Shown here: positions 19,128-31,679 of the stretch, piece by piece
How positions within the stretch are numbered: position 1 is the first letter of the stretch
Layout of the letters: the number at the start of each line of letters is the position of its first letter
Assembly: GCA_965644495.1 (NCBI GenBank)
Contig: CBFFSA010000010.1
Coordinates: 124,001-188,000, forward strand
Length of the DNA: 64,000 bases
Source of the DNA: Perkinsela sp. CCAP 1560/9
Lineage: Eukaryota; Protista; Euglenozoa: Kinetoplastea
Direction: 5' to 3'
Program-made: the position numbers and the translations under genes
Notes under the pieces: model-generated
What the model was told of the DNA's origin: nothing
What the model saw: only the letters and a program-made list of their open reading frames with translations
Databases searched by the model: none

Positions 19128-22100
19128 ATTTTTTTTTTTTTTTTTTTTGCCTCTATATTTTGACCCAGTAGACGAACCAAGTAGGTCCATTGGGGGGGGG
19201 GGGGGTATACGAGTTGAAAACAAGCAATCAAATTAGCAATTTGAAAATTTGGCTTTTTTTTTTTTTTTACTAAAAACTAGTAAACAATTCTACCCGAAAT
19301 CCACCCCTAATCAAATCACTCCCGCACCAAAACTAAGACCCGTGACGGCAAGTCGGTTAGTGACTTGGTACCCCCCCTTGCCCCCCCCCTTTCGCAGAGA
19401 AACACCCTCCCCCCCCTGCGGCTGTTAAATGATTGGGGGGGACCGAATTACTCATCGTTCCCATATCCAAGGAGGGCCGTGTCAGGGACCGCCGCGGGAA
19501 GTCGGAGTACCAGCATCCGAGCCTGTATCCGCATCAGAGTGATGTTAAGTGACGTCACCAATTGGTGTAAGGCTTCCCCGTTCGAAAGGGTACCCCCGGA
19601 GTATGCCGCACGAGAGACGGAAACCTCCTTGAGGATCGCAAAGGCGCTTCGACTCCACGCTCCATAAGATTCCACGACCATCGCTCCAAATCGATGGCGT
19701 GCAAACTCTGCTTCCTCTCTTTGCTTCTTTTTGTTTTCGGTGGCGTATCGTTCCGCAAAAGACCCCGCCGTCACCCAGTTAGCATCACGGACTAAGTCCG
19801 TATACTTTGGTTGCTGAACATGAGTGACGGCGAAGTCTAATACAAGAGACTGGCCTAGCCCGATTGTAGGGATGAACACGTCTCCGGGCCTGGTGAGGGC
19901 GCCCCCAGGACCCTTGTTGCCCAGACTCACTTCTCTCCGCGGGGTGAAACCGGCCTTTTTACATTCAGAAGTAAACTGTGCCGCTAGTGCGTTGTGGCGT
20001 GCGATTATACCATGTCCGCTTTTGCACCCCAGAGCGTGGTCACCCTCGGGATCTAGCGGTAGCGTGCATTTTTCCATAGGACAAGGCCGGGACGCAGGAT
20101 AGATTGGGTCCCCTAGCCACCAGCGTGTGAGGGTGCGAAACTCCGTCGGTGTGAAAGCCAGACCGGTTTTCTTGGAGGGGATCACAAAAGCCCATTCTGA
20201 GGCTCCTTCTCCTGTTTCTGATATCCATCTGGCCCGTGTGCGAAGGTCGGCTTTCGCAAATGCCTCGTGAAATTCCTGGTTGGCGATGGCGTGGCTAAGG
20301 TCGCGTTGTCGGGGAATCACCAGTTCTGTTCCGGATTCCTGCGCGTCGGTATACGGAGAATCAGTCGCCAAAGCCATACTTTTCGGAATTTTGCCACCTT
20401 GTTGGACCACCGTCTTTCCGGCACGCCTGTTCACCTCCCGCACGGCATGGTCAAAGCCCTCAGCGTCCGCTGGGTCCCAACGGTCTTTGTCCGTTGAGAA
20501 AGCTACGGAGGCAACGTAAGCCGCACTCGAATGTTCCCCCGCCGACCGAAGGCCCAACCCCCCGTACCGCTTTTCGCGTTGCGCCTGGCGTCGCGCCCCA
20601 TCACTCAAAGGACGGAAGAAGTGTTCAATAGTGCGCTGGACGGCATCATCTAAGCGTTGGCAGATATCTTGAAGTTCCGTTGTCGGGGTAGTCCTGAGCG
20701 AGTAAACCATTTTACAGAAACCAGTACAGTGGCGTATGAGGGAAAGGGCCACCTGGGGATCTTCAAGTGTAGCTATGGCCTCGAGAGATTCCTCTGCCAT
20801 GTCGATTGTGTTCTTGAGAAAGAATTCGCGGCAAAATTCTGTCGAACCAATTGGACTCCCCAAAATATGAAAATTTCCTGCCGAATTCGTGTTCAGGCCG
20901 GGGATGTCAGGGAAAAGTGAGCAACGATGGGAGGAAGCTGGGTGTGTTGCGATCTCGCACTTGGCCACGTTGATATGCAATCCCCATTTCGGGCCGGACA
21001 TCGCGATCATGTCTAGTGCGTGCCGAACGTCGCAGGATGGACCGGCGAGTATCCCGTCGTCCAAGTACCACAGGTTTAAAGCGAGTTTCGGAGCGGCAGT
21101 GTGGATTTGTAGGGAAACTTCTTTCATCACAAGCGAAAAGAGCAGAGGGCCCAGGGGGTCGCCTTGTTGCACCCCTTCAGATGATTCGATAAAGCGTGAG
21201 CCAAAGGTCAGAATGCTTTGAGTGTTGTAACACCACTCCACGTACGCACCCAGCTCAGGGAAATGCTGGCGTGTTAGGGCCACAAAGAAATCCCGTGAGA
21301 CGTTATTGAAAGCGTTTTTGAGGTCGACTTTGCATAGCAGGAAGTCGTCATCCTCAATATGTTCGGCGAAGGTCTTCCGACAGAGGTGGATGATGCGCTC
21401 GGCTCCAGCAGGTGTGGCTACGCCGTACTGGTGCCCTCTGAAGAGTTTTCGGGCCTTGAATTTTGCGGAGAGGCAGGCAACTTTGCTTGCCAAGCGGCGA
21501 AGGGTTTCTCCGGCAGCAATTGGACGAACATCGTGTTCACCCTTTTTCAGGGCGCATAACCGACCACCCGCAAAATAATCTTTGACTTCCAACGGTGCTT
21601 TTCCTGCGAGCAAGTGATTGGTAAACTTCGTAAGCGTGCCCAGAGGATCGGTGTACGCGTCGTGATGGTACTGCATCGCGGCCTGAACGTGCTCCGGCCG
21701 CATACCGAAGGCCCCTCCCGAGGACCCTCGGTGGAAAGTCGCTAGGGCCTCGGCTACTTCGTCTTCCGTTGCTTCAAGCGGTTTTGCTTCCGGCGCTGAA
21801 GGGCTTGCCACGTTGAAAGTGCTGTCAAGTCTCTGAGGATGCTTTGCCTGGAGCTTCGAGTAGGTGGCGTCGTCGTCAGGGGCAAGTGGTTCCGAAGTTA
21901 ATGCTGTCATGGCGCGGGAGAGCTCCGCGTCGCGGACAAGCCGTTCTGCCCGTAAAGCCGCTTTCTTTACTTCTTCGTCAATGGTAAGCGCTTGTGGTAC
22001 ATTTTTCTTTTTGCGTGATACACTCGAGACAGCTTCTTTCCAAAGCGCCAGGAAATCTTTGTTGGACCATCTCGCGAGGCACTTCTTTACATGGGAGGCG

Positions 22101-23521
22101 TAAGAGGCTTTTGCGCGGTTACCTCCGCGATGAGGGGCGGGTAGGACGCATTTGGGCAGCATGGCGAGGAGTGTCCATGCCTCGAGCGTGTTCTCTCTCG
22201 CTGCTGTGGATAAGCAACCGCAGAGTGTTTTAGCCCATTCTTGTCGGCAACTGTTGGGGATGTCCTTGCAACTGTTAATAAGTAGCGCACTGATAGAGGA
22301 TAAACTCGGAAGGGGTGTGTCGGAGACTTTCACGTTTTCGCTTACTACGCTTTGATGAGAGGGTGTGGAAGGTGAGTTAAGGGCAGGAAGAGCATTCGAG
22401 TCCACATTGGGGCTTAGAACAGGATCGGCACTGCTCGTCGAGGGCGACGGACGGCTTTGAGGAGAGGAATGGCGGAACATGCAGATCTTGTCATGGGTTT
22501 CCCGTTTGCCTTGATCATAATGTTTATTGCAATCATGACACCTAAAACGTCCTTCGTCTTTCCACCACTCGTCTGGGACCTCATCACTGTGTCTGTTTGC
22601 TACGTGGTTGTGGAATGCCTGCCATTGGCCCCCGTGGGGCCCTGTTTTCCAAGTACATCCCTCGAAGGGACATTTTCGCGTATTTTCATGCGTGGTGTGT
22701 GTTTTTTCTATCGCACAGTTTTGGGTTGGGGTCGGTTCGGGGGCATTGTTCATTGTTTCGGCTTTGGGGGCGTCAGGGGAGGTAGTTTTCGACACCTGCT
22801 GGGGACGTTTACGTTTGCCTACAGCCGTTTTCGGGGTTAACTTCTTCAGGGGTGATTCAGCCGGAGAGCTGTGAACACTTGTTGACGCATCTGTGGAGTC
22901 ACGGTCATCACTGTCGCCCCCAGACTCGGTGCATAACTGGGTATGTAGCTGGGAAAGTGAGATCCCTTTAGGACGCTTTTTCTTTTTCCTTACTTTGGTT
23001 CCACCGCTCAACGAAAAGTCGAGGTCTTGAGGCGTCAGGTCGGGGAAAATTAATTTGTCGTCGTCATAATTGTATTCGGTACGAGCTATCCCCCGGTTGT
23101 GGCGCTCGCATTTCTCCTTCACAGCCTTGTATGTAGATTTCGATTGGCTGAGTGAAGAAGGAGGGACGCTGGGGGAAGGTGGGACGGACGCTGGAAAATA
23201 ATTCTTCTTCCGAGCTCGTTTGCTGACGCCCTGTGTCTGGTGTCACGCCTTCGATGGAGTTCGTAATGCTGAGGGCAATGTCTTCGGCCCGTTGTTCTAA
23301 TTCTGATGAAGGATCCGGCGGAAGTGGTGTCGTGTACAGCTCTTCCTTGTATGTGCTAGCGCCTTTAACCAGGTCTTTGTTTGCCTGAAACTGGTCCCAT
23401 GAACCGAGCTTGTGCGCGCCCGCTTCGCGATCAAAGTTGGATTCCTGTTTTGCTTTAGAGCGAGTTAGAACCATGGAACGTGAGAAAGATTAAGAAAATA
23501 AATCAACAAGGTACAGAAACT
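19128..23521 (-). mobile_element. Full-length LsmAD-CRE copy E6 with one frameshift (~23164-23178)
   Basis: Partial SL 23504-23521, ATG 23474, ORFs 23064-23474 and 19448-23122, terminal box 19148-19242, poly(T) 19128-19148. Confidence 0.92.
19448..23474 (-). pseudogene. LsmAD-ZnF-RT-RLE polyprotein split by a frameshift
   Basis: All RT and RLE motifs present in the 1224-aa frame. Comparison with the near-identical copy at 27560-29618 shows a net 17-nt loss. Confidence 0.9.
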
Positions 23522-26500
23522 TTTTCATATGAATACGATCTCCATGCGAAGCGATCGAAACATGTTAGAACCCAATAAGTAAAACCTATAAATTTACGAT
23601 TTTGTATGTTGGAGATAATACCTCCTTACACTAAATGGTAAGATTTTCTTGACAAATAAACTCGCGAAATGCAAAAGTTTTTGTTGAATTATAACGTTAT
23701 AACGCTTTAGAACGTTGTTGTTTCTGAATTTAAAAGAGATACCTATTTACATTCAGAAATATTTAAATTCGTAAACAGGTACATTCATCAAATTTAGCAT
23801 TTCAGAAACACCAACAAAACAAAATCGTTGATTTTTTACATATAAAAAATCCTTTTATGAATAAAATATCTTTTTCATATGAATACGATCTCCATGCGAA
23901 GCGATCGAAACATGTTAGAACCCAATAAGTAAAACCTATAAATTTACGATTTGGTATGTTGGAGATAATACCTCCTTACACTAAATGGTAAGATTTTCTT
24001 GACAAATAAACTCGCGAAATGCAAAAGTTTTTGTTGAATTATAACGTTATAACGCTTTAGAACGTTGTTGTTTCTGAATTTAAAAGAGATACATGGCCAT
24101 GCCTGTCGCTCTCGTTCCCATGGCGTGAGGGTTCATCTGCTATGTTTTTCTCGGAGCAAATCCAACGGACCTCCTTGAGATAACCAGGTAGGAAAAACAC
24201 CTGGTATAACCGGCGTAGCCACTCCATAATTAGCGGGGGTCCTGCCTTCCATTTGGACAGCCATGCCACAACGTTCTTATTATCTGATATCAGTGTACAA
24301 GCCTTGATTTTTCTTTCCTTTACCAGTTTTAAGCCCATCTCTGCTGCGAATAGCTCCTTATATGCAATAGGCTTATCTCTGAGCCAGGCCGCAAAATTTC
24401 CAGAGCGATACTGAAGACTGCCGCCCTGCAGCCATGCTAGTCCCCACCCCTTCTCGGAAGCATCACAATACAATTCAAAGGCACTGGTTTCTCCCCTCTC
24501 CAATTTTCTAGGGGTGTTTGCCTCCACTCTATCGATTAGCGCAATAAGGCTCGAGATGAATTTCTGGGACATCTGGCATGGTAAATCCCATAAGACTGGC
24601 TTAGCTGCCAATCTGCGTGCTCTCCCCTTCAGCCAATACATCACAGTTGGAAATTCGCATTGAGTAATACCTAACACTCTAGTTGCCCAGAACAGAGTCC
24701 CCAACACTTTCCAGATTAGACGGTGCGTCGGCAAGCGATGCTGTTGCGCTAGTAACTTGAATGCCTCGCGTAAGTGTTTTAATTTATCAATAAACTGAAC
24801 CGGCAGTGAGAGTTTCTTTTCCTCTAGATTTACCTCAATGCCTAATACCGTGCCCTTACTGGTGGGCTTCGTGGTGACCGCAATTTCGGCGCCAACCAGC
24901 TTCGCACGTTGCAAAGTTTGGCTCAGGTCATCCTCTACACCCTCCTGGCTGGTTCCAAAGCGGTAACAATTGTCGATAAAAGTCAGTGGATGTGAATTAC
25001 TAACCGGAAGGTTGTGGATCAAGCTTGTAGCCGCATGACCAATTTTTACCGAAGAATGCCATCCCATGGGCAATGTGGCCCAACCATATGTCCTTCCCTT
25101 AATGCGAACGGCCAAGTAGGGCAGAACATCTTCTGGAAGCCCAAACTGATGGTACCAATTTCTTCCATCCGTCTCCCCGAAGAATTTGTTTTCCAGGACC
25201 GCCTTTTCAATATCCTGCAAGCTCGCTAACGTTAAAGGGCCTGGGACTATAGATTGTATCTCGTTGAGAGGAATCGCATTCAAGATCACACGCATGGTTT
25301 TCTTCTTCGGCTTGGGAATCAAAAATGCTGTCATCCATATTTTTGCGGTTCTCCGTGGGATTCTCTTTATTACCCCGGACCTCACCATCTCCTCCACGAA
25401 AGGTTCCAGCCTCTTCGATTCACCGCGATAACGAGGATCGTAATCCTTCCTCAACAAGCCCTTAAACTTATTCGCGTCCTGCACGAAACCGAATATTTTC
25501 TTTTCTTCTCTCACATCGCTTCCAGTTTTCAGTAGAAGTAGTTCTTCTACATTTACCCGTTTTACATCAATCGGATCGATTGGCCAGTTCTCTTTTCTGG
25601 GATGGTTTCTCTCTCCAAAAAACGTCCTGCGCATAAAACTCGTATAGGTATAGGATACAAAATCACAGAGTATCCTCCAAGGAGAGGTGCCGGCACCGAC
25701 AGGTGCGGCGACGCCAGCTCGCCCGTGGTGCTGAGCCGCGTTTAATGAGGACTCTTCCTGAGCCCTATTCCCATACCCGCGTGGCATGAGTAATCGCCCG
25801 GGTTCCTTTCCGGCGCCCTGAATCATGTCGTCCGATTTACCTTGTTTGGTATCCTCCATGTGGGACTTTTTCTTCCCCACAATATTTCTGCGTCTCAGGG
25901 GTCTTTTCTTCCCTTCTTTTGTCGCTTCCACGCCTATTCTCGTGCGATGGGAAACATTCTCACCTAAACTCTTAAATTTCTTGGGAAAATCATCCTTACC
26001 TGGGTAAATAGATAGACTGGTCTCATCATGTCCTTTACCAGTACAATCTCCCGGAAATGTTTCACTAGGTGATTTTCCAGAATCGTCTCGAACAGAAACT
26101 CTAATAAGGCCCGTTCCATAATTTCCTTGGCTCGGTATGTGTCGAGAACGCCTACCTTGAATCCCTTTCCTACTGGAGCTGTTTCCTTTTGAGGGCTGAG
26201 TCTTACGCGAAAGCGGAGGCCGGACTTTAAGGTTATGCGACCCCGGTACGGTTTCTCTTTCCGAGGCGAGCTTCGTGCATTTTCTTTCGTAGAAAAGGGC
26301 CCGCGGGAGAGTTTGATCTTTCTCGAGGCGCCTTAATTCCATGTGCCCCCTTTTAAACCCCCTTGGACGTGGATTTTCCTTCGCATATCTCCTTCGCACT
26401 CGAGCGCGCCGGCGGTTCTTCCCATCTCTCCTCGCGATGACGTTAGCTTCGTGAAACCTCATCATTTCACGCTGAGCCTGAAGATATTTCCCCTCGAGGG

Positions 26501-27189
26501 TATCAGCTCTAAGAGCCTCCTTCCAGTAGTCGCCAAATTTCCGACCCATTCTGTGTTTTATTCGCAAATAATGTATCACCTCCATAGATGGTTCAATCGA
26601 ACGCATCGTGATAAACAAACCCGCCCTCGCACGAGAACAGCAATCAGCTAGGTGAGCTGCAATGGTATCAAGCGCCAGATCTAGACTTACGATATCTCTC
26701 GATACTGATGAGGGATCTGCAGAGTGCCCGAAACACTTTCGCACCTCGTGCCTAAGCTTTCCAATAAGATTTTTCCTATAAAGATCACTGCAAAAATGTT
26801 CGAACTTCCAATCTTGCGGCTTGAGGAGGATATCGGTCGACAGGTCGTGACAACTAGGGTCATAACTTCCGAATAATTTTTTCGGTGAGCTCACCCTTGA
26901 AACTCGCAATCCAACTCCTGAGATTTCTCCTTCACCATTAGTGTAGCACGCCATGGGCACGGGGGCTGACCCTCGGACGGTTCGATGAAAAGACGGTACT
27001 CTAGGAGTTTCGAGAACAGGACGATGTGTTGTTGTTTCTGAATTTAAAAGAGATACCTATTTACATTCAGAAATATTTAAATTCGTAAACAGGTACATTC
27101 ATCAAATTTAGCATTTCAGAAACACCAACAAAACAAAATCGTTGATTTTTTACATATAAAAAATCCTTTTATGAATAAAATATCTTTTT
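23521..27189 (-). mobile_element. DIRS/VIPER-like retroelement with split direct repeats and a single ORF, no recognisable YR
   Basis: A1 27028-27189 = A2 23714-23875; B1 23871-24092 = B2 23521-23742. Confidence 0.85.
24057..26954 (-). CDS. Polyprotein: unknown/gag-like N-terminus + DIRS-type RT + RNase H
   Basis: MRVILNAIPLN, DGRNWYHQF, LPMGWHSS, FIDN. RNase H YCDASEKGWG..KEL..SDN..NIADEPSR. No stops. Confidence 0.9.
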   Translation of the reverse strand: MACYTNGEGEISGVGLRVSRVSSPKKLFGSYDPSCHDLSTDILLKPQDWKFEHFCSDLYRKNLIGKLRHEVRKCFGHSADPSSVSRDIVSLDLALDTIAAHLADCCSRARAGLFITMRSIEPSMEVIHYLRIKHRMGRKFGDYWKEALRADTLEGKYLQAQREMMRFHEANVIARRDGKNRRRARVRRRYAKENPRPRGFKRGHMELRRLEKDQTLPRALFYERKCTKLASERETVPGSHNLKVRPPLSRKTQPSKGNSSSRKGIQGRRSRHIPSQGNYGTGLIRVSVRDDSGKSPSETFPGDCTGKGHDETSLSIYPGKDDFPKKFKSLGENVSHRTRIGVEATKEGKKRPLRRRNIVGKKKSHMEDTKQGKSDDMIQGAGKEPGRLLMPRGYGNRAQEESSLNAAQHHGRAGVAAPVGAGTSPWRILCDFVSYTYTSFMRRTFFGERNHPRKENWPIDPIDVKRVNVEELLLLKTGSDVREEKKIFGFVQDANKFKGLLRKDYDPRYRGESKRLEPFVEEMVRSGVIKRIPRRTAKIWMTAFLIPKPKKKTMRVILNAIPLNEIQSIVPGPLTLASLQDIEKAVLENKFFGETDGRNWYHQFGLPEDVLPYLAVRIKGRTYGWATLPMGWHSSVKIGHAATSLIHNLPVSNSHPLTFIDNCYRFGTSQEGVEDDLSQTLQRAKLVGAEIAVTTKPTSKGTVLGIEVNLEEKKLSLPVQFIDKLKHLREAFKLLAQQHRLPTHRLIWKVLGTLFWATRVLGITQCEFPTVMYWLKGRARRLAAKPVLWDLPCQMSQKFISSLIALIDRVEANTPRKLERGETSAFELYCDASEKGWGLAWLQGGSLQYRSGNFAAWLRDKPIAYKELFAAEMGLKLVKERKIKACTLISDNKNVVAWLSKWKAGPPLIMEWLRRLYQVFFLPGYLKEVRWICSEKNIADEPSRHGNESDRHGHVSLLNSETTTF

Positions 27190-27238
27190 TTTTCTTTTTT
27201 TTTCTTGTCTTTTTTTTTGTATTTGGTGATCCTGTCCC

Positions 27239-27530
27239 TTAGGGTTTTCTCTGAATATGACTGTCTACATCACTAATGTCTCTCTCGATCTTACCTTCAT
27301 ATCTCTTGACCTTCTCCATCTTAATCTCCTTCCCGCGACTGACAGCATCCGCCGGGTTCTCATCCGTGGATATATACGCTGCCTTGACACATATACCTTT
27401 GTCCTCTGTCAGTCGCAGGACTTCGCGCAATTCCATTGAAACCCCCTTTGACTTGGAGATCCTCCTGTTCAGTGCAGCCTGACAGGAGGTGTTATCAACA
27501 AAAACATCCAAGCAGGTTCCACGGGGGCAA
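27239..27530 (-). pseudogene. RNase H C-terminal fragment, VIPER/DIRS-like
   Basis: FVDNTSCQAALNRR..ENPADAVSR. Confidence 0.8.
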
Positions 27531-27559
27531 TGCGCGGAGAGGCAGGCAACTGCTTGCAA

Positions 27560-29659
27560 ATTGAATTTTGCGGAGAGGGCAATTGAATTTTGCGGAGAGG
27601 CAGGCAACTTTGCTTGCCAAGCGGCGAAGGGTTTCTCCGGCAGCAATTGGACGAACATCGTGTTCACCCTTTTTCAGGGCGCATAACCGACCACCCGCAA
27701 AATAATCTTTGACTTCCAACGGTGCTTTTCCTGCGAGCAAGTGATTGGTAAACTTCGTAAGCGTGCCCAGAGGATCGGTGTACGCGTCGTGATGGTACTG
27801 CATCGCGGCCTGAACGTGCTCCGGCCGCATACCGAAGGCCCCTCCCGAGGACCCTCGGTGGAAAGTCGCTAGGGCCTCGGCTACTTCGTCTTCCGTTGCT
27901 TCAAGCGGTTTTGCTTCCGGCGCTGAAGGGCTTGCCACGTTGAAAGTGCTGTCAAGTCTCTGAGGATGCTTTGCCTGGAGCTTCGAGTAGGTGGCGTCGT
28001 CGTCAGGGGCAAGTGGTTCCGAAGTTAATGCTGTCATGGCGCGGGAGAGCTCCGCGTCGCGGACAAGCCGTTCTGCCCGTAAAGCCGCTTTCTTTACTTC
28101 TTCGTCAATGGTAAGCGCTTGTGGTACATTTTTCTTTTTGCGTGATACACTCGAGACAGCTTCTTTCCAAAGCGCCAGGAAATCTTTGTTGGACCATCTC
28201 GCGAGGCACTTCTTTACATGGGAGGCGTAAGAGGCTTTTGCGCGGTTACCTCCGCGATGAGGGGCGGGTAGGACGCATTTGGGCAGCATGGCGAGGAGTG
28301 TCCATGCCTCGAGCGTGTTCTCTCTCGCTGCTGTGGATAAGCAACCGCAGAGTGTTTTAGCCCATTCTTGTCGGCAACTGTTGGGGATGTCCTTGCAAGT
28401 GTTAATAAGTAGCGCACTGATAGAGGATAAACTCGGAAGGGGTGTGTCGGAGACTTTCACGTTTTCGCTTACTACGCTTTGATGAGAGGGTGTGGAAGGT
28501 GAGTTAAGGGCAGGAAGAGCATTCGAGTCCACATTGGGGCTTAGAACAGGATCGGCACTGCTCGTCGAGGGCGACGGACGGCTTTGAGGAGAGGAATGGC
28601 GGAACATGCAGATCTTGTCATGGGTTTCCCGTTTGCCTTGATCATAATGTTTATTGCAATCATGACACCTAAAACGTCCTTCGTCTTTCCACCACTCGTC
28701 TGGGACCTCATCACTGTGTCTGTTTGCTACGTGGTTGTGGAATGCCTGCCATTGGCCCCCGTGGGGCCCTGTTTTCCAAGTACATCCCTCGAAGGGACAT
28801 TTTCGCGTATTTTCATGCGTGGTGTGTGTTTTTTCTATCGCACAGTTTTGGGTTGGGGTCGGTTCGGGGGCATTGTTCATTGTTTCGGCTTTGGGGGCGT
28901 CAGGGGAGGTAGTTTTCGACACCTGCTGGGGACGTTTACGTTTGCCTACAGCCGTTTTCGGGGTTAACTTCTTCAGGGGTGATTCAGCCGGAGAGCTGTG
29001 AACACTTGTTGACGCATCTGTGGAGTCACGGTCATCACTGTCGCCCCCAGACTCGGTGCATAACTGGGTATGTAGCTGGGAAAGTGAGATCCCTTTAGGA
29101 CGCTTTTTCTTTTTCCTTACTTTGGTTCCACCGCTCAACGAAAAGTCGAGGTCTTGAGGCGTCAGGTCGGGGAAAATTAATTTGTCGTCGTCATAATTGT
29201 ATTCGGTACGAGCTATCCCCCGGTTGTGGCGCTCGCATTTCTCCTTCACAGCCTTGTATGTAGATTTCGATTGGCTGAGTGAAGAAGGAGCGGCCCCTTC
29301 GAACTGGAAAACGGAATTCTCGGTGGGACGGACGCTGGAAAATAATTCTTCTTCCGAGCTCGTTTGCTGACGCCCTGTGTCTGGTGTCACGCCTTCGATG
29401 GAGTTCGTAATGCTGAGGGCAATGTCTTCGGCCCGTTGTTCTAATTCTGATGAAGGATCCGGCGGAAGTGGTGTCGTGTACAGCTCTTCCTTGTATGTGC
29501 TAGCGCCTTTAACCAGGTCTTTGTTTGCCTGAAACTGGTCCCATGAACCGAGCTTGTGCGCGCCCGCTTCGCGATCAAAGTTGGATTCCTGTTTTGCTTT
29601 AGAGCGAGTTAGAACCATGGAACGTGAGAAAGATTAAGAAAATAAATCAACAAGGTACA
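27560..29659 (-). mobile_element. 3'-truncated LsmAD-CRE copy E7 (near-identical to the E6 5' half, open frame from ATG 29618)
   Basis: Partial SL 29648-29659; ORF runs to RPIAAGETLRRLASKVAC then breaks. Confidence 0.9.
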
Positions 29660-29705
29660 AGATCTCTTCGGAGACAAACGGCCTTGTGATAAAACAAACA
29701 AAAAC

Positions 29706-29948
29706 GTGAGTGATCAGCTGGCGGAAAGACAAAAACATTTATCTCGAGCATACACCACGTATGTACCTCAAGGATCGCAGCGTTATTTTACTCCGCACGT
29801 CACACCAGCTCGCGCGCCTGCGCCATACCGAAGACCGCGAATGCTGTGTTTTGGGTGCCGTTCACCCGATCATGTATGGAAAAACTGTCCAAAGCGGGAT
29901 TTTCGTTCGCGGGTGGCTGGCCCTGCCGGGAGCAGCAAGAGCTTATGA
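29706..29948 (+). pseudogene. Gag-like CCHC zinc-knuckle fragment
   Basis: CFGCRSPDHVWKNC = CX2CX4HX4C. Confidence 0.6.
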
Positions 29949-30150
29949 AAAAGCCCCGCCCTAACCGCCAGTGTTATTATATTCAAAGGGAAAAGTGTGT
30001 CGAATATGCAAGTTGCAAAGAAAAGGAGGTTGGAGGGAAGGTTACAAACGGAAAAACAGACGGTGAATGTATTTTGTTTGTTCATACTATTGCATAATAG
30101 CAGAGAGTTTTCAGGGTAAGGCCCGCATACAACGGGATAACCCTTTTTAT

Positions 30151-31650
30151 TTAGCAAGCAGAGCAGTTTTCCTCGTCCGTCCATTCAGCTTCGTTCCTCC
30201 GAGCCCAGATAATATAGCTGGCCCGACCAGCCATTAAACTCATGCTTTCTCTGCATGATCTGGCTCGTTTTCGTTCTCCTTGGAACACGGCGTCGAGATA
30301 GCGACAGGATCCGCTAGGAAGTCCCCGTGCGCCGATCTCGAACGCTAGGGCGTAGCAGTTCGGGTTCTCGATTCTGCGCTCGTGGAGAAGTGAGTTATAC
30401 TTCTCTGACTTCCGCCGGTGTGCGTTTTCACAGTTCTCCTCCCACGGGACAGTTAGCTTAATGATGAACTCGGTCCCGTTCCGTAGTTTGATCCAGCCAT
30501 CCGGGCGCAGTAAACTGTCGCTACTGGTGTACCACGGGGGTGGGTTCCGTTCACCCGTGAGGTCAAAGTGGCAAGCTTCGGTGGCAGGGGATTGGCGTAC
30601 GTGTCGTGCGAACTCGCGGAGAACCATGTCGTGTCTGAGTGTGTACCTCCCTTGTTGTAAGGATGTGTTGCATGATGAAAGGACGTGTCTTGTTGTTTGT
30701 GGTTTGTCTCGGCATATGGGACATTTTGTATCAGAGTGATAGTTGCGACCCCATTGTGCAAGGGATACTCGGGAGGGCAGGGGGGTTAGAGTCATGACGG
30801 AGGACGAGAGTTTCTCGTTTCGGATCCCATGGATGGCAGATGCAAATTCTTGTGCCATTTCTGGGTCTGACGGAAACTGCCACCAGAGGGCAGCAACAGG
30901 AGCACGTTGTCGTAGACGTGTAATCATTTGTTCTTCGTGGGCATCACGGAGTATTTGTCGTGCGCGCTGTGGGTCGTTAAGATGATCGGTTATTTGTGCA
31001 GCTGGGCGGATTTGACCTTTCGCACGCTTCCTTTGCTCTTCCTGGATGCGGAAGCGCAATGCCTTGAGCACGTTCGGGTCTCGTGATTGATGCATTTGGG
31101 TAAGTGACGTTCCGGTGCACTCGTACCAGAGTTATGTCAGACTTTTGAGATTCCAGCCGCGGCAGGAGTATAGTACTTCTGTGCTACCGGCACGAGCCAT
31201 GTTAATCCGTCGTCGAATGTGTGCTGTGACTCGCTTCTGAAGCCGCAGAACTGAGCTGAAAGAGATGCAGGGGTGGATGGTAAACTGAAACCGAAGTCGG
31301 GAAATTATAGCGTGTCTGTAGATCCACAGCTTAGCCGGGAGATTATGGGCGCTGGCACTCGTGTTTTCGAGCCATCCCTTCAGCTTTGAGTTTAATTTCT
31401 TGAAAAGTTCGTTTAGCTGCTGAGATCCAGGGGCGAGGGTCATACCAAGAAATGAGCGTCCGGCGTCACAAATATGTGGAATTTTTTCTCCGTATGTGGT
31501 TACTGCAGGTCTTCTCGTCATGTACCCCGGGTGCTCTTCGCCTTTCCGCATGCTCATACATTGAACTCGACTTTTTGTGACGTTGATTTTTAATCCGATT
31601 TTGGAGAGCACCGTGGTTAGTGCGTTCAGCGAAGTTTGCATGTCACGGTC
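30151..31650 (-). pseudogene. HERO/NeSL/R4-like RLE non-LTR retrotransposon, 5'-truncated, one in-frame stop at 31132
   Basis: IGLKINVTKS, CPICRDKPQTTRHVLSSC, RYTLRHDMVL, RPDG, LTVPWEEN, FEIGARG. Confidence 0.85.
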
Positions 31651-31679
31651 ACTTTTTAAAATAATTTTCGGTATCTTGG

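Noticed and set aside
25665-25755. VLIKRGS..RHLSLEDTL in an overlapping frame as a vestigial YR box II
   Set aside because: Spacing from KRG to H is 15 versus 20 aa in the real YR, there is no Tyr, and the frame is closed by stops; probably chance.
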